From Octopus sinensis (Eukaryota): a stretch of 64,000 bases of DNA. The notes under the pieces are model-generated. The model did no database searches, was not told where the DNA came from, and worked only from the letters and a program-made list of their open reading frames with translations. The position numbers were made by a program, and so were the translations under genes. Shown in pieces: positions 25,789 through 39,489 of this stretch. The DNA is taken from contig NC_043014.1 of the NCBI RefSeq assembly GCF_006345805.1, positions 8,184,001 to 8,248,000 on the forward strand, in the 5' to 3' direction. Numbering within the stretch: the first letter of the stretch is position 1; each line of letters starts with the position of its first letter.

Positions 25789-28284
25789 GGTATGGGCCTG
25801 CCTCTCCAAGTGCCGAACTGCAGGCCCACTGACTTTTCCTGATTGATCATTGGTCCTGTCACCGCTTCGTATTCCCTTAAGGTAGTGCCGACCATCTCGA
25901 TTTCCGAAATGCTTGATACTATCACGGTGACGTCATCCGCATACGCCGATACGAACCTTCCGCATCCCAATTCACGCGGGATGTCCCTCGAAACCTCCAA
26001 CATCCGCAGTAATGGCTCGAGTACCAGTACGTAGAGAAGCAGGGAGAGTGGGCATGCTTGACTTATCGAACGTGCAATACTAAACGATTCCGAGAGGTAA
26101 CCATTTTACTTTGACTTCCAAACAGATGTCGCTGTACATTGCAGTTATCCAGCCTCTGAAAACGGGACCGAAACCAGTCGCCTTCTTTACCAACCCTCTC
26201 TATGATATATCGCGTGAGGTGTAAGTTGCTGTGTGTAATTCTACGCATCATTCACCAACGACAAGCGCCAACCTCTTTCTAACACCTTAGCCAAAATTTT
26301 GTAATCTGTATTTAGCAAAGTTGCCGGCCTTAAGTTATCAACAATGATCCCTTTGTTCGGATGATTTCTCAGTAGCGCCACCACACCTCGGCTCACAGAT
26401 CCAGGTATTCTCCCATTCTGCTACCAGTTGCGGTAGACTTCTACCAAAAGCTCACCAGACAAGTCTGGCATATGTATATGAAACTAGAAGGGCGGACCAT
26501 CCAATCTCTCTCGTGCAACTAACCAACGCGTTACGTATATCTTCAGCTGTTATCGGCATTTCGCTGAACTCCAGGTTCCTGGCCGAACGCCGTTGCATGC
26601 CATCAAGGTAGGAAATGAAGTTTACCTCCTCCTACGGGCCACCACGCACCCCGTACAGTTCAGCAAAGTGCCGCTCAAATTCTGAACACATCTGCTTCGA
26701 CTCGTGTAGCATGTACCCGCTCTGACCCCTCAAAGACCGAATTGTAATTTTATTACCACATTGCGCCTCGGCCACCCGGGCCCATTGAACGGCTTTCGTT
26801 CCCTTCTGCTTCAGAACATGCACCCTAGCGCTGGTAATGCAACCTTCTTGCTTGGTGTTAAAGAATTGGTTCAGAACCAATCTCTCTGTCAGCGCGTCGG
26901 TTGCTGTTTCTGAGTGCCTCTTCTAATTTTCTAACTAGGTCTCCCTCTACTTTCTTGTCTCCTCCGTCGCTAGTTCTCCGCTAAATTCTACAGCTTCTAC
27001 TCTAATCGCCCGTTTTAGACCCCTCCCCACCATCACTCCCACCGATTGTTGACAACTGCACCCGTCAACTTTCGATAGACTAACTTGTTAAGCCGGTCTC
27101 TGAAACTTTGACGCACTGAGGACGCTTTCAGCTTCCAGTATCCGGGTCCCTGCCTATGGAGCCTGTCTAGGTCAACCGTAGAGATCATAGATTTGTGGTC
27201 TGTGTAGCTGACGAATTAAAATTGTGGATACCCTATACTATTCCTATCTGCTGACCTACAAAATACCCTGTCTAGATAAGATCTGGATGACCCGACACTT
27301 TACCCATGTCCACACTGGAATGTTCGGCAAATCCAGTCTGAACCTCTCCGCCAGCTGGAAACGTGTGAACAGGTTTGCGAGGCTTGCACACTGCATTTTC
27401 TATCCGCTAGCCCCACCCAATCCACACGTGCATCCAAAATGGTGTTCCAATCGCCAACTAATACTAAAGTGCGAGATGTCCCTAGAAAGGCCTCCAAACG
27501 TCTGAAGAACTTCGGCTGCCCCACTCCAGTCGGTGCGTACACTGCGACCAGTCTAAAAGAACTGCCTTCGTTATCGTTAACGTCCAGAACCAATGACTTA
27601 CCTTCCGGATCCAGGAAGACCGACCATATCTCGAGATCCAGGCCTTTTCTGGACAACACTGCCACCCCACACTCCATTACCGGTCAACAAAGAGATGCGA
27701 AAATCTCAAAGTCATAAAAAATGGGAGCCAAAGAGCGTGTGTCCACGAGGATGGTTTCATTGACGGCTGTTATATCCAGACTTAGCGACCTGTGGTTGTT
27801 GCGCAAGCGTCCTTGCTTCCACGACGACCCCAGGCCATGTACATTTATACAACCTGCTTTAAGAACCGCCATGCTGGCCAGGAAGTAAAGAAAGGAAAAG
27901 GGGAGCGTAACTTACCCTCCTAGGGCTGTTTGTGGTCGAGTGGTTCTCACATCCTGTCCGTTTTGTTGGGTTCATTTGGGAACCTCCTTAAAATCCATCT
28001 GCTGGCAGTTACACTGGGTGATCCACTGTCATACGAGTAGTTCCGCTTAATGCTCGTACAAGTTTATGTCATTCACACCATCTCTTTACTCTTTACTCTT
28101 TTCTTGTTTCAGTCATTTGACTGCGGCCATGCTGGAGCACCGCCTTTAGTCGAGCAACTTGACCCCGGGACTTATTCTTTGTAAGCCCAAAGTCTCTTTT
28201 GCCGAACCGCTAAGTGACGGGCCCATAAACACACCAGCATCGGTTGTCAAGCAATGCTAGGGGGACAAACACAGACACAAACAT

Positions 28285-28345
<61 letters not shown>

Positions 28346-28909
28346 CATATATACGACGGGCTTCTTTCAGTTTCCGTGTACTAAATCCACTCACAAGGCT
28401 TTGGTCGGCCCGAGGCTATAGTAGAAGACACTTGCCCAAGGTGCCATGCAGTGGGACTGAACCCGGAACCATGTGGTTGGTAACCCACAAGGGGCTAAAC
28501 ACAGAGTGGACAAACAAGGACAGACAAAGGGATTAAGTCGATTACATCGACCCCAGTGCGTAACTGGTACTTAATTTATCGACCCCGAAAGGATGAAAGG
28601 CAAAGTTGACCTCGGAGGCATTTGAACTCAGAACGTAACGGCAAACGAAATACGGCTACGCTTTTCGCCCGGCGTGCTAACGTTTCTGCCAGCTCGCCGC
28701 CTTGTCATTCACACCATCATTAGACTCTCCAGTACTCTAAAAGTGTTATAACTGCAGATCACCCTCTCTGTTTCAATGTTCTCGTTTTGTGCTATGAGGG
28801 CCATCAGCTTTTTCATTGGCCTTCCTCGGTAGCACGAAGTTCCGCTGTTGTGTGGATGGTTGTTGTTGTTGTAGTTACATTTTTCTTTTTAAAGTTTGTT
28901 GTGTTTTTT

Positions 28910-29382
28910 ATTCTTTTATCTTCTTTATCTTTATCTAGTTTCAACTCACGAGCTGTGGCCATGCTGGGGCACCGCCATTTTGGTATTGCTAAATTATTAT
29001 ACTTCACGAATGCTTTTTAGCAATTGCCATTTGGTGCATGAGAGAGTTCGATGCAGCTGCCCTCATCTGCACCTCCTGTCGTGAAGTTGGTTCATCTGGG
29101 ACATCTGACAAGAAGAGATCCAGTTTTATTTTAAAGACATCTGCATCCACCCCATGCAGGTCTCTCAGGTTCTTCGGGAGGATATTGAAGAGCTGTGGGC
29201 CTCTGAAGCCCAGGCTAACACAGTATCTTGTCCTACATCTTGATGGCAAATTTGGAGTCCTTGGCACTATGCAGTGGTGCCCAGTTCTGGCATTTGTGTA
29301 ACTCTCGATGCCAAAGTTCGGGACAAGTCCTTCTAGGATCTTCCAGATGTATATTATGGCATATCTTTCTCGCCTACGCTCT
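28910..29382 (-). mobile_element. 3' fragment of a CR1-group LINE
   Basis: ERRRERYAIIYIWKIL..GPQLFNILP..FKIKLDLFL; short tandem-repeat tail. Confidence 0.8.
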
Positions 29383-29588
29383 GTTGTGGATGTTTGTGAT
29401 GGTGCTGGTAATTGTGGTGTTTGTAGTGTTGATGTTGTCATCAGCGTGGCTGTGTTTGCCGTTTCTTGGATTTCTCCCTTTTCTCTGTGTCTCTTTCTTG
29501 AGTTTTTGGCCTTTTTTTTGGCTTCCCGTCATCATCACTTGGATGCGTGGAGGAAATCGTATCATGTATCGTTTCTTCTGGTGTTGCC

Positions 29589-29637
29589 CTTCTTCTTCTT
29601 CTTCTTCTTCTTCTTCTTCTTCTTCTTCTTCTTCTTT

Positions 29638-29675
<38 letters not shown>

Positions 29676-29734
29676 TTTCTTCTTCTTCTTCTTTTTCTTC
29701 CTCTTCTTTTTCTTCTTCTTCTTATTTTTCTTCC

Positions 29735-29769
<35 letters not shown>

Positions 29770-30603
29770 TTCTTCTTCTTCTTTTTCCTCTTCTTCTTCC
29801 TCTTCTTTTTCTTCCTCTTCTTCTTCTACCTCTTCTTCTTCTTCTTCTTCTTCTTTTTCTTCCTCTTCTTCTGCTTCCTCTTCTTCTTCTTTTTCTTTTT
29901 CTTCTTCTTCTTCTTTTTCTTCTTCTTCTTCTTCTTCTCTCTTCTTTCTTCTTCTTCCTCTTCTTTTCTTTTCTTCGTCTTTTTCTTCCTCTTCTTCTTT
30001 TCTTCTTTTTCTCTTCCTCTTCTTTTCTTTTTCTTCCTCTTCTCTTCCTCTTCTTCTTTTCCTCTTTTCTTCCTCTTCTTCTTCCTTCTTATTCCTCTTC
30101 TTCTTCTTCCTCTTCTTCTTCCTTTCCTCTTCTAATCTCTTCTTCTTCATCCTTTCTTTTCTTCCTCTTTTCTTTCTCTTCTAATTTTTCTCTTCTTCAT
30201 CTCTTCTCTTCTTCCTCTCTTCTTCCTCTTCTTCTTCCTCTTCTTCTTCCTCTTTCTTCCTCTTCTTCTTCATCCTCTTCTTTTTCTTCCTCTTCTAATT
30301 CTTCCTCTTCTCTTTTTTCCTTCTTATCCTCTTCTTCTTCCTCTTCTTCTTCCTTTCTCTTACTCTTCTTCTCTCTTCCTTCTTCATCTCTTCTTCATCC
30401 TCTTCTTTTTCTTCCTCTTCTTCATCCTCTTCTTCATCCTGTTCTTTTTCTTCCTCTTCTTCTTCTTTTTCTTCTTCTTCTTCTTCTTTTTCTTCTTCTT
30501 CTTTTTCTTCTTCTTCTACTACTACTACTTCTTCTTCTACTACTACTTCTTCTACTACTACTTCTCCTTCTTCTACTACTACTTTTTCTTCCTCTTCTTC
30601 TTT

Positions 30604-30634
<31 letters not shown>

Positions 30635-30710
30635 ACTACTACTTCTTCTTCTTCTACTACTTCTTCTTCTTTTTCTACTATTACTACTACTACTCCTTCT
30701 TCTTCTTCTC
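29589..30710. repeat. (CTT)n/(CTA)n polypyrimidine microsatellite
   Basis: Direct reading. Confidence 0.96.
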
Positions 30711-30711
30711 A

Positions 30712-30935
30712 TTATAATGTCAGGTTCCGTCTTATTCCGGCTAGGATTTATGTGGGTAGCAGGTTACTACTGCTACTACTGCAACCTCGGGTATCTACAT
30801 GTTTCCAACTGTCTTTCAAATGCTTAGAACCTTCCTAATAATCTTTGCTGTTCCTAAGAGACAGAATTTCTCTACGAGCTCTACAAGGCATTCTATTCCA
30901 ATCTCCTTCGGCCATTTGTCTATACTGTTCCCAAC
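30712..30935 (-). mobile_element. 3' end of a third R4/Dong-like family
   Basis: KFCLLGTAKIIRKVLSI*, homologous to KIVLMGTAHILRKILSM*. Confidence 0.7.
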
Positions 30936-30999
30936 ACACCAATAATTATAGGCACAACCTTTACTGTTCACATGCTCCACCTCTGCTGCTGGTGCTACT

Positions 31000-31700
31000 C
31001 CCATTACTACCCTTACTGTAACACCTGCCTGTTTTGTCTCCTTGGGTTCAATTTCTGTTGCTGTTTTTGTCGACTCATGGGTTGTGGTACTTTCGTTTGG
31101 ACATTTCTTTCTGCCCTTCTGTTCTGATTCTGTGGGCAGTGAAACCGTAAGTGGTCCGTTGAACCACAATCATGGCACCTTGGGCTTCTGCCCTCCACTT
31201 TCACCCTTAGTTCTACTCCATTCAAGCGGGAAATCAGATCTGGGACTTACTCTAATTGCTCTGGCTTCAGGTGGAGAAGAACCTCCAAGGTTGTCCCAAC
31301 CCAATTCTCCTTCCTCGATCTTTTAGCATCCAGGAGATTCTCCCCGTCGTCCGTACAAATAAAGGCGAGAATCCGCCATAAATCCAAGCCTCGCTCGCAC
31401 AACATCTTTCAAGGCTTTTTCCACCTGGTCGCGTTTAGCATTTGCGAATTTCCTTGTCTTCGTGTTCACGCATCTGTAGACAACTATCCGTTTGGCTGTT
31501 GCTTTGTGTACGTCGCTTGGGGGCGTCAATTCTGCCCTCCTTCCGTTCATTTTCATATATTTTGCTGTCTTGTTTAGTGTTTCTATTTTGTTCTCCGATG
31601 AGATGCTAACAAATTATTTAGCTACCGTCAAACGGAGGAGCTGGTCACGGGGCATGCTAGAAACAGCCAAATCTCCCTTTAAATCCCACACCTTTTCGTC
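31000..31700 (-). mobile_element. LINE ORF1 (gag-like CCHC knuckle) plus 5' UTR, probably the 5' end of the 24659-27900 Tx1/L1-like element
   Basis: RVKVEGRSPRCHDCGSTDHLRFHCP (CX2CX4HX4C); same strand and upstream of ORF2, with nested insertions in between. Confidence 0.65.
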
Positions 31701-31897
31701 TGAAAATATTTTTTACCGAAAGGGCCTCAGGCGCAGGAGTGGCTGTGTGGTAAGTAGCTTGCTAACCAACCACATGGTTCCGGGTTCAGTCCCACTGTGT
31801 GGCTCCTTGGGCAAGTGTCTTCTGCTATAGCCCCGGGCCGACCAATGCCTTGTGAGTGGATTTGGTAGACGGAAACTGAAAGAAAGAAGCCTGTGTA

Positions 31898-31986
<89 letters not shown>

Positions 31987-32633
31987 TATGTGTGTGTGTG
32001 TGTCCGTGTTTGTCACCCTAGCATTGCTTGACAACCGATGCTGGTGTGTTTACGCCCCCGTCACTTAGCGGTTCGGCAAAAGAGACCGATAGAATAAGTA
32101 CTGCGCTTACAAAGAATAAGTCCCGGGGTCGATTTGCTCGATTAAAAGGCGGTGCTCCAGCATGGCCGCAGTCAAATGACTGAAACAAGTAAAAGAGTAA
32201 AAGAGTAAAGAGAGTAACACCCATTTTTGTTAGATTTTTACGCTGCAGTTGCTTTCGATATTGCTTTGCCTGCTTCTTCGATGTCCATGAAGTGAGAAAT
32301 ACTTTACTTCTTCAGAGCAGCGAGCTGGCAGAAACGTCAGCACGCTGGGCGAAATGCTTAGCAGTATTTCATCTGGTTTTACGTTCTGAGTTCAAATTCC
32401 GCCCTGGTTGACTTTGCCTTTCATCCTTTCGGGGTCGATAAATTAAGTACCAGTTACGCACTGGGGTCGATCTAATCGACTGGAATCCTCCCCAAAAATC
32501 TCGGGCCTTGTGCCTAGAGTAGAAAAGAATACTTTACTTCTTCCTTCCTCTCGCTTCTTTCTGCTTTTCATCTTCTTTCTCCTTTTTTTTACTCTTCTTC
32601 TTCTTCTTCTTCTCTCTCCTCTCCTCCTCTTTA

Positions 32634-32913
32634 TAATCTCAAGTTTTAAAACAAACATAATTTTCTTATGGTTTCTTAAACATTTACTAGTACAACACGA
32701 AGTACAAAACCAAATATATGGCACCCTAGGCATTAACACCAACATGAACTTCCAACTTGTTGTCTCTTGAGGTCTCTGGATGAGACTTGGAGCCAGCTTG
32801 TGCAAATGTAAAGCAAAAGTCAACACATAGAATAATAATAATAAGAAGAATAGATAATAAATAATAATAAAAGAATAATAAGAATAATGATAATCATATC
32901 ATAATAATAATAA

Positions 32914-32944
<31 letters not shown>

Positions 32945-33785
32945 AAGAAGAGAAGAAGAAGAAGAGAAGAGAAGAAGAAGAAGAAAGAAGAAGAAGAAGA
33001 GAAGAAAGAAGAAGAAGAAGAGAATAGTAATAATGTCATGTATGTAAACAGCAAAATGAAACCATAATCGTGTTGTCTCCATGTGCTGTCTTCTTGCGCC
33101 TACAGAGTTTCTCAACAAGCATGATAGAGCGGCACAGAATATTAACTGGGTAATTTGCAAAAACCTGGACCTGCCCCATGATAAAAAAACTGGTGGGAAC
33201 ATAAACCACTTCCAGTTCTTGAAAATGATCACATCTCACTCCGGAACTTCACCGTTCAAACTAACAGAAAGGCAGATGCGAATAGACCAGACATATTGAA
33301 AGACTTCAGGCAAAAATCATGCCTCCTCGTTGATATGACTGTCCCAATCGACATAAATATATCTGTCAAGACCTACCAAAAACTGAGCAAGTATAAAGAT
33401 CTTGAAATAGAAATTGGTAAAATGTGGAACTTCAAGACTAAAGCAATACCTGTTGTCATAGGTGCCCTAGGAATGATAGCAAAAGGGGCTGATTCCTACC
33501 TAGCTGAGATACCAGGAAACCCCAAAATGGCAGAAATTCAAAGGCTAGTACTCATGGGAACTGCCCATATCTTACGTAAAATACTGTCTATGTAATCTCA
33601 AATTTTAAAACAAACATAATTTTCTTGTTTTCTTAAACATCCTCTAGAACAATACTATGTACAAAACCTAAAATATTTGACACCATAGGCATAACATCAA
33701 ATGGACTTCTAAATTGTTGTCTCTTGAAGTCTCTAGGTGAGACTTGCAGTCAACTTGTACAAATAAAAAGCAAAAGTCAACCATA
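32634..33785 (+). mobile_element. Two R4/Dong 3' fragments (32634-32832, UTR only; 33037-33785, frameshifted)
   Basis: Match to ~14240-15012; flanked by AAT/AAG repeats. Confidence 0.88.
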
Positions 33786-34564
33786 TAATAATGATAATAG
33801 CAATGATGATGATGATGGTTGCTCCTGTTGATTTCGACGCATGAGTGTTTGAATGAGAGGATTTAAAAGAGAGAGGGGCAGAGAAGGAGAGAGGGGGAGC
33901 GAAGAAAAACAGCTTTAAAAAAAGAACAAAAAAAGGAATCTGCATCTACTGGCGATGGATGCGTGAATGTAATTTGAGTTCAAGTATGGATTTTGCTATG
34001 TGAACGCAATGGGGGACACGGATGATTTTGATTTTTGCTTGGGTTTGAGTAAATGTGTCTGTTGATTACAGGATATTCTTTTATTGTTGTTTTTTTTTGT
34101 TTTTTTGTTTTTTCTCAACTCAAACTGTTTTTATGCATCATGACACATCTTTACGCCATGCAGATCGTTCCAGGCAATGACTTTCCCAAGATATCAGGTT
34201 AAGCTGTAGAGATTTTAGTGATCGCTTCAACTTATCCTTATACCTAAAGACAGGTCCTCCTTTACTGGATATCCCTCCACTTGTTGGCCATACAAAAGAA
34301 TTTTTGGAATGTGATCGTCTTTCTTGTCCAATTACACTTAATTCTCAGCAATATACTTCGGATGCTGGAGATATCAAATTTTTCTAAAATTTTGACGTTT
34401 CTGATATTCTATTTGAAAAGAAAAGTAAGGGTTGAGAAGGATCTGGTGCCCTGACCCCAGTAAATTTATTAACAAATAAGTGACTGTAATGAGGATGATC
34501 CGGTGAGCGAGCCAACACCAAGCAGGTGTCTGGAGGCTGAGTAAGAAGGAGGTAGGAGTACTTA

Positions 34565-35355
34565 CCTATTTCTTTACTACCCACAAGGGGCTAAACACAG
34601 AGAGGATAAACAAGGACAGACAAACGGATTAAGTCGATTATATCGACCCCAGTGCGTAACTGGTACTTATTTAATCGACCCCGAAAGGATGAATGGCAAA
34701 GTCGACCTCGGCGGAATTTGAACTCAGAACGTAACGGCAGACGAAATACCTATTTATTTATTACCCACAAGGGGCTAAACATAGGGAGGATAAACAATGA
34801 CAGACAAACGGATTAAACCGATTATATCGACCCCAGTGCGTAACTAGTACTTATTTAATAGACCCCGAAAGAATGAAAGGCAAAGTCGACCTCGGCGGAA
34901 TTTGAGCTCAGAATGTATTGGCAGACGAAATACCCATTTCTTTACTACCCACAAGGGGCTAAACATAGGGAGGATAAACAATGACAGACAAACGGATTAA
35001 ACCGATTATATCGACCCCAGTGCGTAACTAGTACTTATTTAATAGATCCCGAAAGGATGAAAGGCAAAGTCGACCTCGGCGGAATTTGAACTCAGAACGT
35101 AAGCAGGCAGACGAAATACCTATTTCTTTACTACCCACAAGGGGCTAAACACAGAGAGGAGATAAACAAGGACAGACAAACGGATTAAGTCGATTATATC
35201 GACCCCAGTGCGTAACTGGTACTTATTTAATCGACCCCGAATGGATGAAAGGCAAAGTCGACCTCGGCGGAATTTGAACTCAGAACGTAACGGCAGACGG
35301 AATACTGCTAAGCATTTCGCCCGGCGTGCTAACGTTTCTGCCAGCTCGACGCCTT
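34565..35355 (-). repeat. SINE A tandem array (head plus 4 units)
   Basis: ~184-bp units joined aaagaaata|ggtatttcgtc. Confidence 0.9.
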
Positions 35356-36290
35356 GGAAGTCTGGGTATATATATATGTCCAACAAGTGGTTACCTGGTG
35401 CTCACCTGCAATTAGAAGAAAAAGAAAAACACTGAACAGTTTGGCTCCTGGTGTGCAAACATACGTAATAGGCGCAGGAGTGGCTGTTGGTAAGTAGCTT
35501 GCTAACTAACCACATGGTTCCGGGTTGAGTCCCACTGCGTGGCACCTTGGGCAAGTGTCTTCTGCTATAGCCCCGGGCCGACCAATGCCTTGTGAGTGGA
35601 TTTCGTAGACGGAAACTGAAAGAAGCCTGTCGTATATATGTATATATATGTATGTGTGTGTGTGTGTGTGTGTTTGTGTTTGTCCCCCTAGCATTGCTTG
35701 ACAACCGATGCTGGTGTGCTTATGTCCCCGTTACTTGGCGGTTCGGCAAAAGAGACCGATAGAATAAGTACTAAAGGCGGTGCCCCAGCATGGCCGCAGT
35801 CAAATGACTGAAACAAGTAAAAGAGTAAAAGAGAAAAGAGAAAGAGAGAATAGTCACGGCTAGAATGCTTTCGAAGACCGTAGCTCTGTTCCATCAGAGC
35901 TGACCTGGGATTAAATAACTTTTCAGGCATTATCAGTTTCCGCGTATTTTGTGCTATCAACCTTTTATACATGAACCGGAAAAAACATGATCCGGAAAAA
36001 ACAAAAATCCACACTTTCACACAAGGCGCCGCAAATTCCGTCCACGAAACAAACAAAATACCTGGGATAGGTAAAACATGTGTTCAGAGCATGTGAAATT
36101 AAGTAACAAAGTGTCATTCAGTGTTAGCTTTCCCCTTCATTGTTCGTCTTCCTTTCAGCCTTAATACGTTATAATCTATGTATATTTAATTTTTACGATA
36201 CTTCTCACATCCGAGTCAAAATGGTTTTATACCCAACTTATGAAACAGGTAACCACACAAGCTAGGCACGTACACTCATTTATGAATACA

Positions 36291-36715
36291 AGTGTGTGTG
36301 TGTGTTATGTGTGTTTGTGTGTGTGTGTGTGTTGTGTGTGTTGTGTGTGTGTGTGTGCGGTGTTGTGTGTGTGTGCATGTGTTATGTGTGTGTGTTTGTG
36401 TTATGTGTGTGTTATGTGTGTGTGTTTGTGTGTATGTGTTGTGTGTGTTATGTGTGTGTTATGTGTGTGTGTTATGTGTGTGTGTGTGTAATGTGTGTGT
36501 GTGTGTGCATGTGTTATGTGTGTGTGTTTGTGTGTGTGTGTGTTGTGTGTGTTATGTGTGTGTGTGTTATGTGTGTGTGTGTGTTATGTGTGTGTGTGTG
36601 TGTTATGTTGTGTGTGTTATGTGTGTGTGTGTGTTATGTGTGTGTGTGCATGTGTTATGTGTGTGTGTTTGTGTTATGTGTGTGTGTGTTTGTGCGTGTG
36701 TGTGTGTGTGTGTGC

Positions 36716-36746
<31 letters not shown>

Positions 36747-36752
36747 TGTGCG
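36291..36752. repeat. (TG)n-rich microsatellite
   Basis: Direct reading. Confidence 0.95.
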
Positions 36753-37110
36753 TAAACAGGCTCAGTAAACAAGCAAAAAGTATTAATAGAATAAAACTGG
36801 GGAATTATTAATATGAGAACAATCCGCACAAAAACCGGTCTTGAATACAGTACAAACATGGATGCTAATCACATCAATAAATATACAAAGAAAGCCTGTA
36901 TAAACTGAATGGGAAAATAAAGACCTAGTTAAGAGTGTTGGTAGACGATGGGAAAGGCATAAGCTATAGTTGTGTAAAAGTACAACTTTGTTCGCTTACA
37001 ATATAAATAAAAGTACATTTACTACATAAAAAAAAAGTGGCAACAATGGCAGAGAAACACCTTACCTCCATCCATTCGTCGTCAAATGGTAAAGAGAAAG
37101 AGAAGGATAC

Positions 37111-38260
37111 CTATTTCTTTACTACCCACAAGGGGCTAAACACAGAGAGGACAAACAAGGACAGACAAACGGATTAAGTCGATTATATCGACCCCAGTGC
37201 GTAACTGGTACTTATTTAATCGACCCCGAAAGGATGAAAGGCAAAATCGACCTCGGCGGAATTTGAACTCAGAACGTAGCGGCAGACGAAATACCTATTT
37301 CTTTACTACCCACAAGGGGCTAAACACAGAGAGGACAAACAAGGACAGACAAACGGATTAAGTCGATTATATCGACCCCAGTGCGTAACTGGTACTTATT
37401 TAATCGACCCCGAAAGGATGAAAGGCAAAGTCGACCTCGGCGGAATTTGAACTCAGAACGTAGCGGCAGACGAAATACCTATTTCTTACTACCCACAAGG
37501 GGGCTAACACAGAGAGGACAAACAAGGACAAACAAAATTAATTAAGTCGATTATATCGCACCAGTGCGTAACTGGTACTTATTTAATCGACCCGAAAGGA
37601 TGAAAGGCAAAGTCGACCTCGGCGGAATTTGAACTCAGAACGTAGCGGCAGACGAAATACCTATTTCTTTACTACCACAAGGGGCTAAACACAGAGAGGA
37701 CAAACAAGGACAGACAAACGGATTAAGTCGATTATATCGGCACCAGTGCGTAACTGGTACTTATTTAATAGACCCCGAAAGGATGAAAGACAAAGTCGAC
37801 CTCGGCGGAATTTGAACTCAGAACGTAGCGGCAGACAAAATACCTATTTCTTTACTACTCACAAGGGGCTAAACACAGAGAGGACAAACAAGGACAGACA
37901 AACGGATTAAGTCGATTATATTGACACCAGTGCGTAACTGGTACTTATTTAATCGACCCCGAAAGGATGAAAGGCAAAGTCGACCTCGGCGGAATTTGAA
38001 CTCAGAACGTAGCGGCAGACGAAATACCTATTTCTTTACTACCCACAAGGGGCTAAACATAGAGGGGACAAACAAAGACAGACAAACGGATTAAGTCGAT
38101 TATATCGACACCAGTGCGTAACAGGTACTTATTTAATCGACCCCGAAAGGATGAAAGGCAAAGTCGACCTCGGCGGAATTTGAACTCAGAACGTAGCGGC
38201 AGACGAAATACGGCTACGCATTTCTCCCGGCGTGCTAACGATTCTGCCAGCTCGCCGCCT
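37111..38260 (-). repeat. SINE A tandem array (head plus 6 units, 184-bp period)
   Basis: ctatttc at 37111, 37295 and onward; single tRNA head at the 38260 end. Confidence 0.93.
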
Positions 38261-38558
38261 TCCAAGGAGTTTCAAATTGTCACTCGAGTAGCCTAAAAAT
38301 AAATAGCAAAAGTTACAGAACCACTACAAGAAACAAACAAGAATTAAGAGAACGAAATAAGAAAAACCTCACTAGATAGTCACGCATCTGCGCAAGCACG
38401 GAGAGAACACGAAGGACATCAAAAGCAACAAAGCAGAGCAAGCAGGTACAGCAACAACTAGAGTAACTTCTTGCATTTTCTCCGACAAACAGTTTCATTT
38501 TGGGTAAGATGTGCAAATATACATAATCTAGGGTAAGTTTGGAAACAAGGTTAGAAGA

Positions 38559-39140
38559 CAGGGGGCTAAACATAGAGGGGACAAACAAGGACAGACATAA
38601 GTATTAAGTCGATTACATCGACTCCAATGCGTAATTGGTACTTATTTAATCGACCCCGAAAGAATGAAAGGCAAAGTCGACCTCGGCGGAATTTGAACTC
38701 AGAACGTAACGGCAGACGAAATACCTATTTATTTACTACCCACAAGGGGTTAAACACAGAGAGGACAAACAAGGACAGACAACTGATTAGTCGATTACAT
38801 AGACTCCAATGCGTAATTGGTACTTATTTAATCGACCCCGAAAGAATGAAAGGCAAAGTCGACCTCGGCGGAATTTGAACTCAGAACGTAGCGGCAGACG
38901 AAATACCTATTTATTTACTACCCACAAGGGGTTAAACACAGAGAGGACAAACAAGGACAGACAAACTGATTAAGTCGATTATATCGATACCAGTGCGTAA
39001 CAGGTACTTATTTAATTGACCCCGAAAGGATGAAAGGCAAAGTCGACCTCGGTGGAATTTGAACTCAGAACGTAACGGCAGACGAAATACAGCTACGCAT
39101 TTCGCCCGGCGTGCTAACGTTTCTGCCAACTCGCCGCCTT
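38559..39140 (-). repeat. SINE A tandem array (3 units)
   Basis: Same units; shares its head-side flank with the 42025-42820 array. Confidence 0.88.
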
Positions 39141-39306
39141 AAACAATAGAAACATTTCTTTTAAAGTGCTAAAACATTTCTTTTTTAGTTCTAGCAACGT
39201 GTGAAAACCATTTCTGCATTCTGTAGCCATTACAGAAATCAGAATTTCTGGTAAACACACACTTAACCCAATTTGTAAAGGCTACAAGACATACTTCTCT
39301 TGTGAC

Positions 39307-39489
39307 TTGATGGGATTGGCAGTGATGTTCCGGAAAGAACTACATCTAGAGGTACAGACGATCGTCCAGGAAGTAAGCAGTGCGGAGGTGGTACTCGATA
39401 TGAACAACAGTAAAGACAGTGCCTTCAGACAAGTGGCCGTCTATGCGTCTACAGGAGCAGAACGGACAGATATTTCTTTACATGTTTAG
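39307..39489 (+). mobile_element. Decayed APE endonuclease fragment of a Tx1/L1-like LINE
   Basis: GLAVMFRKELHLE..VLDMNN..FRQVAVYASTG aligns by eye to ORF 27300-27677. Confidence 0.7.

Larger units (their letters stand above)
24659..27900 (-). mobile_element. Degenerate Tx1/L1-clade LINE ORF2 (APE plus RT) and 3' UTR, interrupted by two family A SINEs
   Basis: CINVHGL..AVNET, GVAVL, VYAPT, VGDWN (APE); SAYADDV (RT); many stops and frameshifts. Confidence 0.88.

Noticed and set aside
37111-38260. Repeat arrays (also 47177 and 50023) as CRISPR
   Set aside because: Whole units repeat with no unique spacers, no cas genes are present, and the context is eukaryotic
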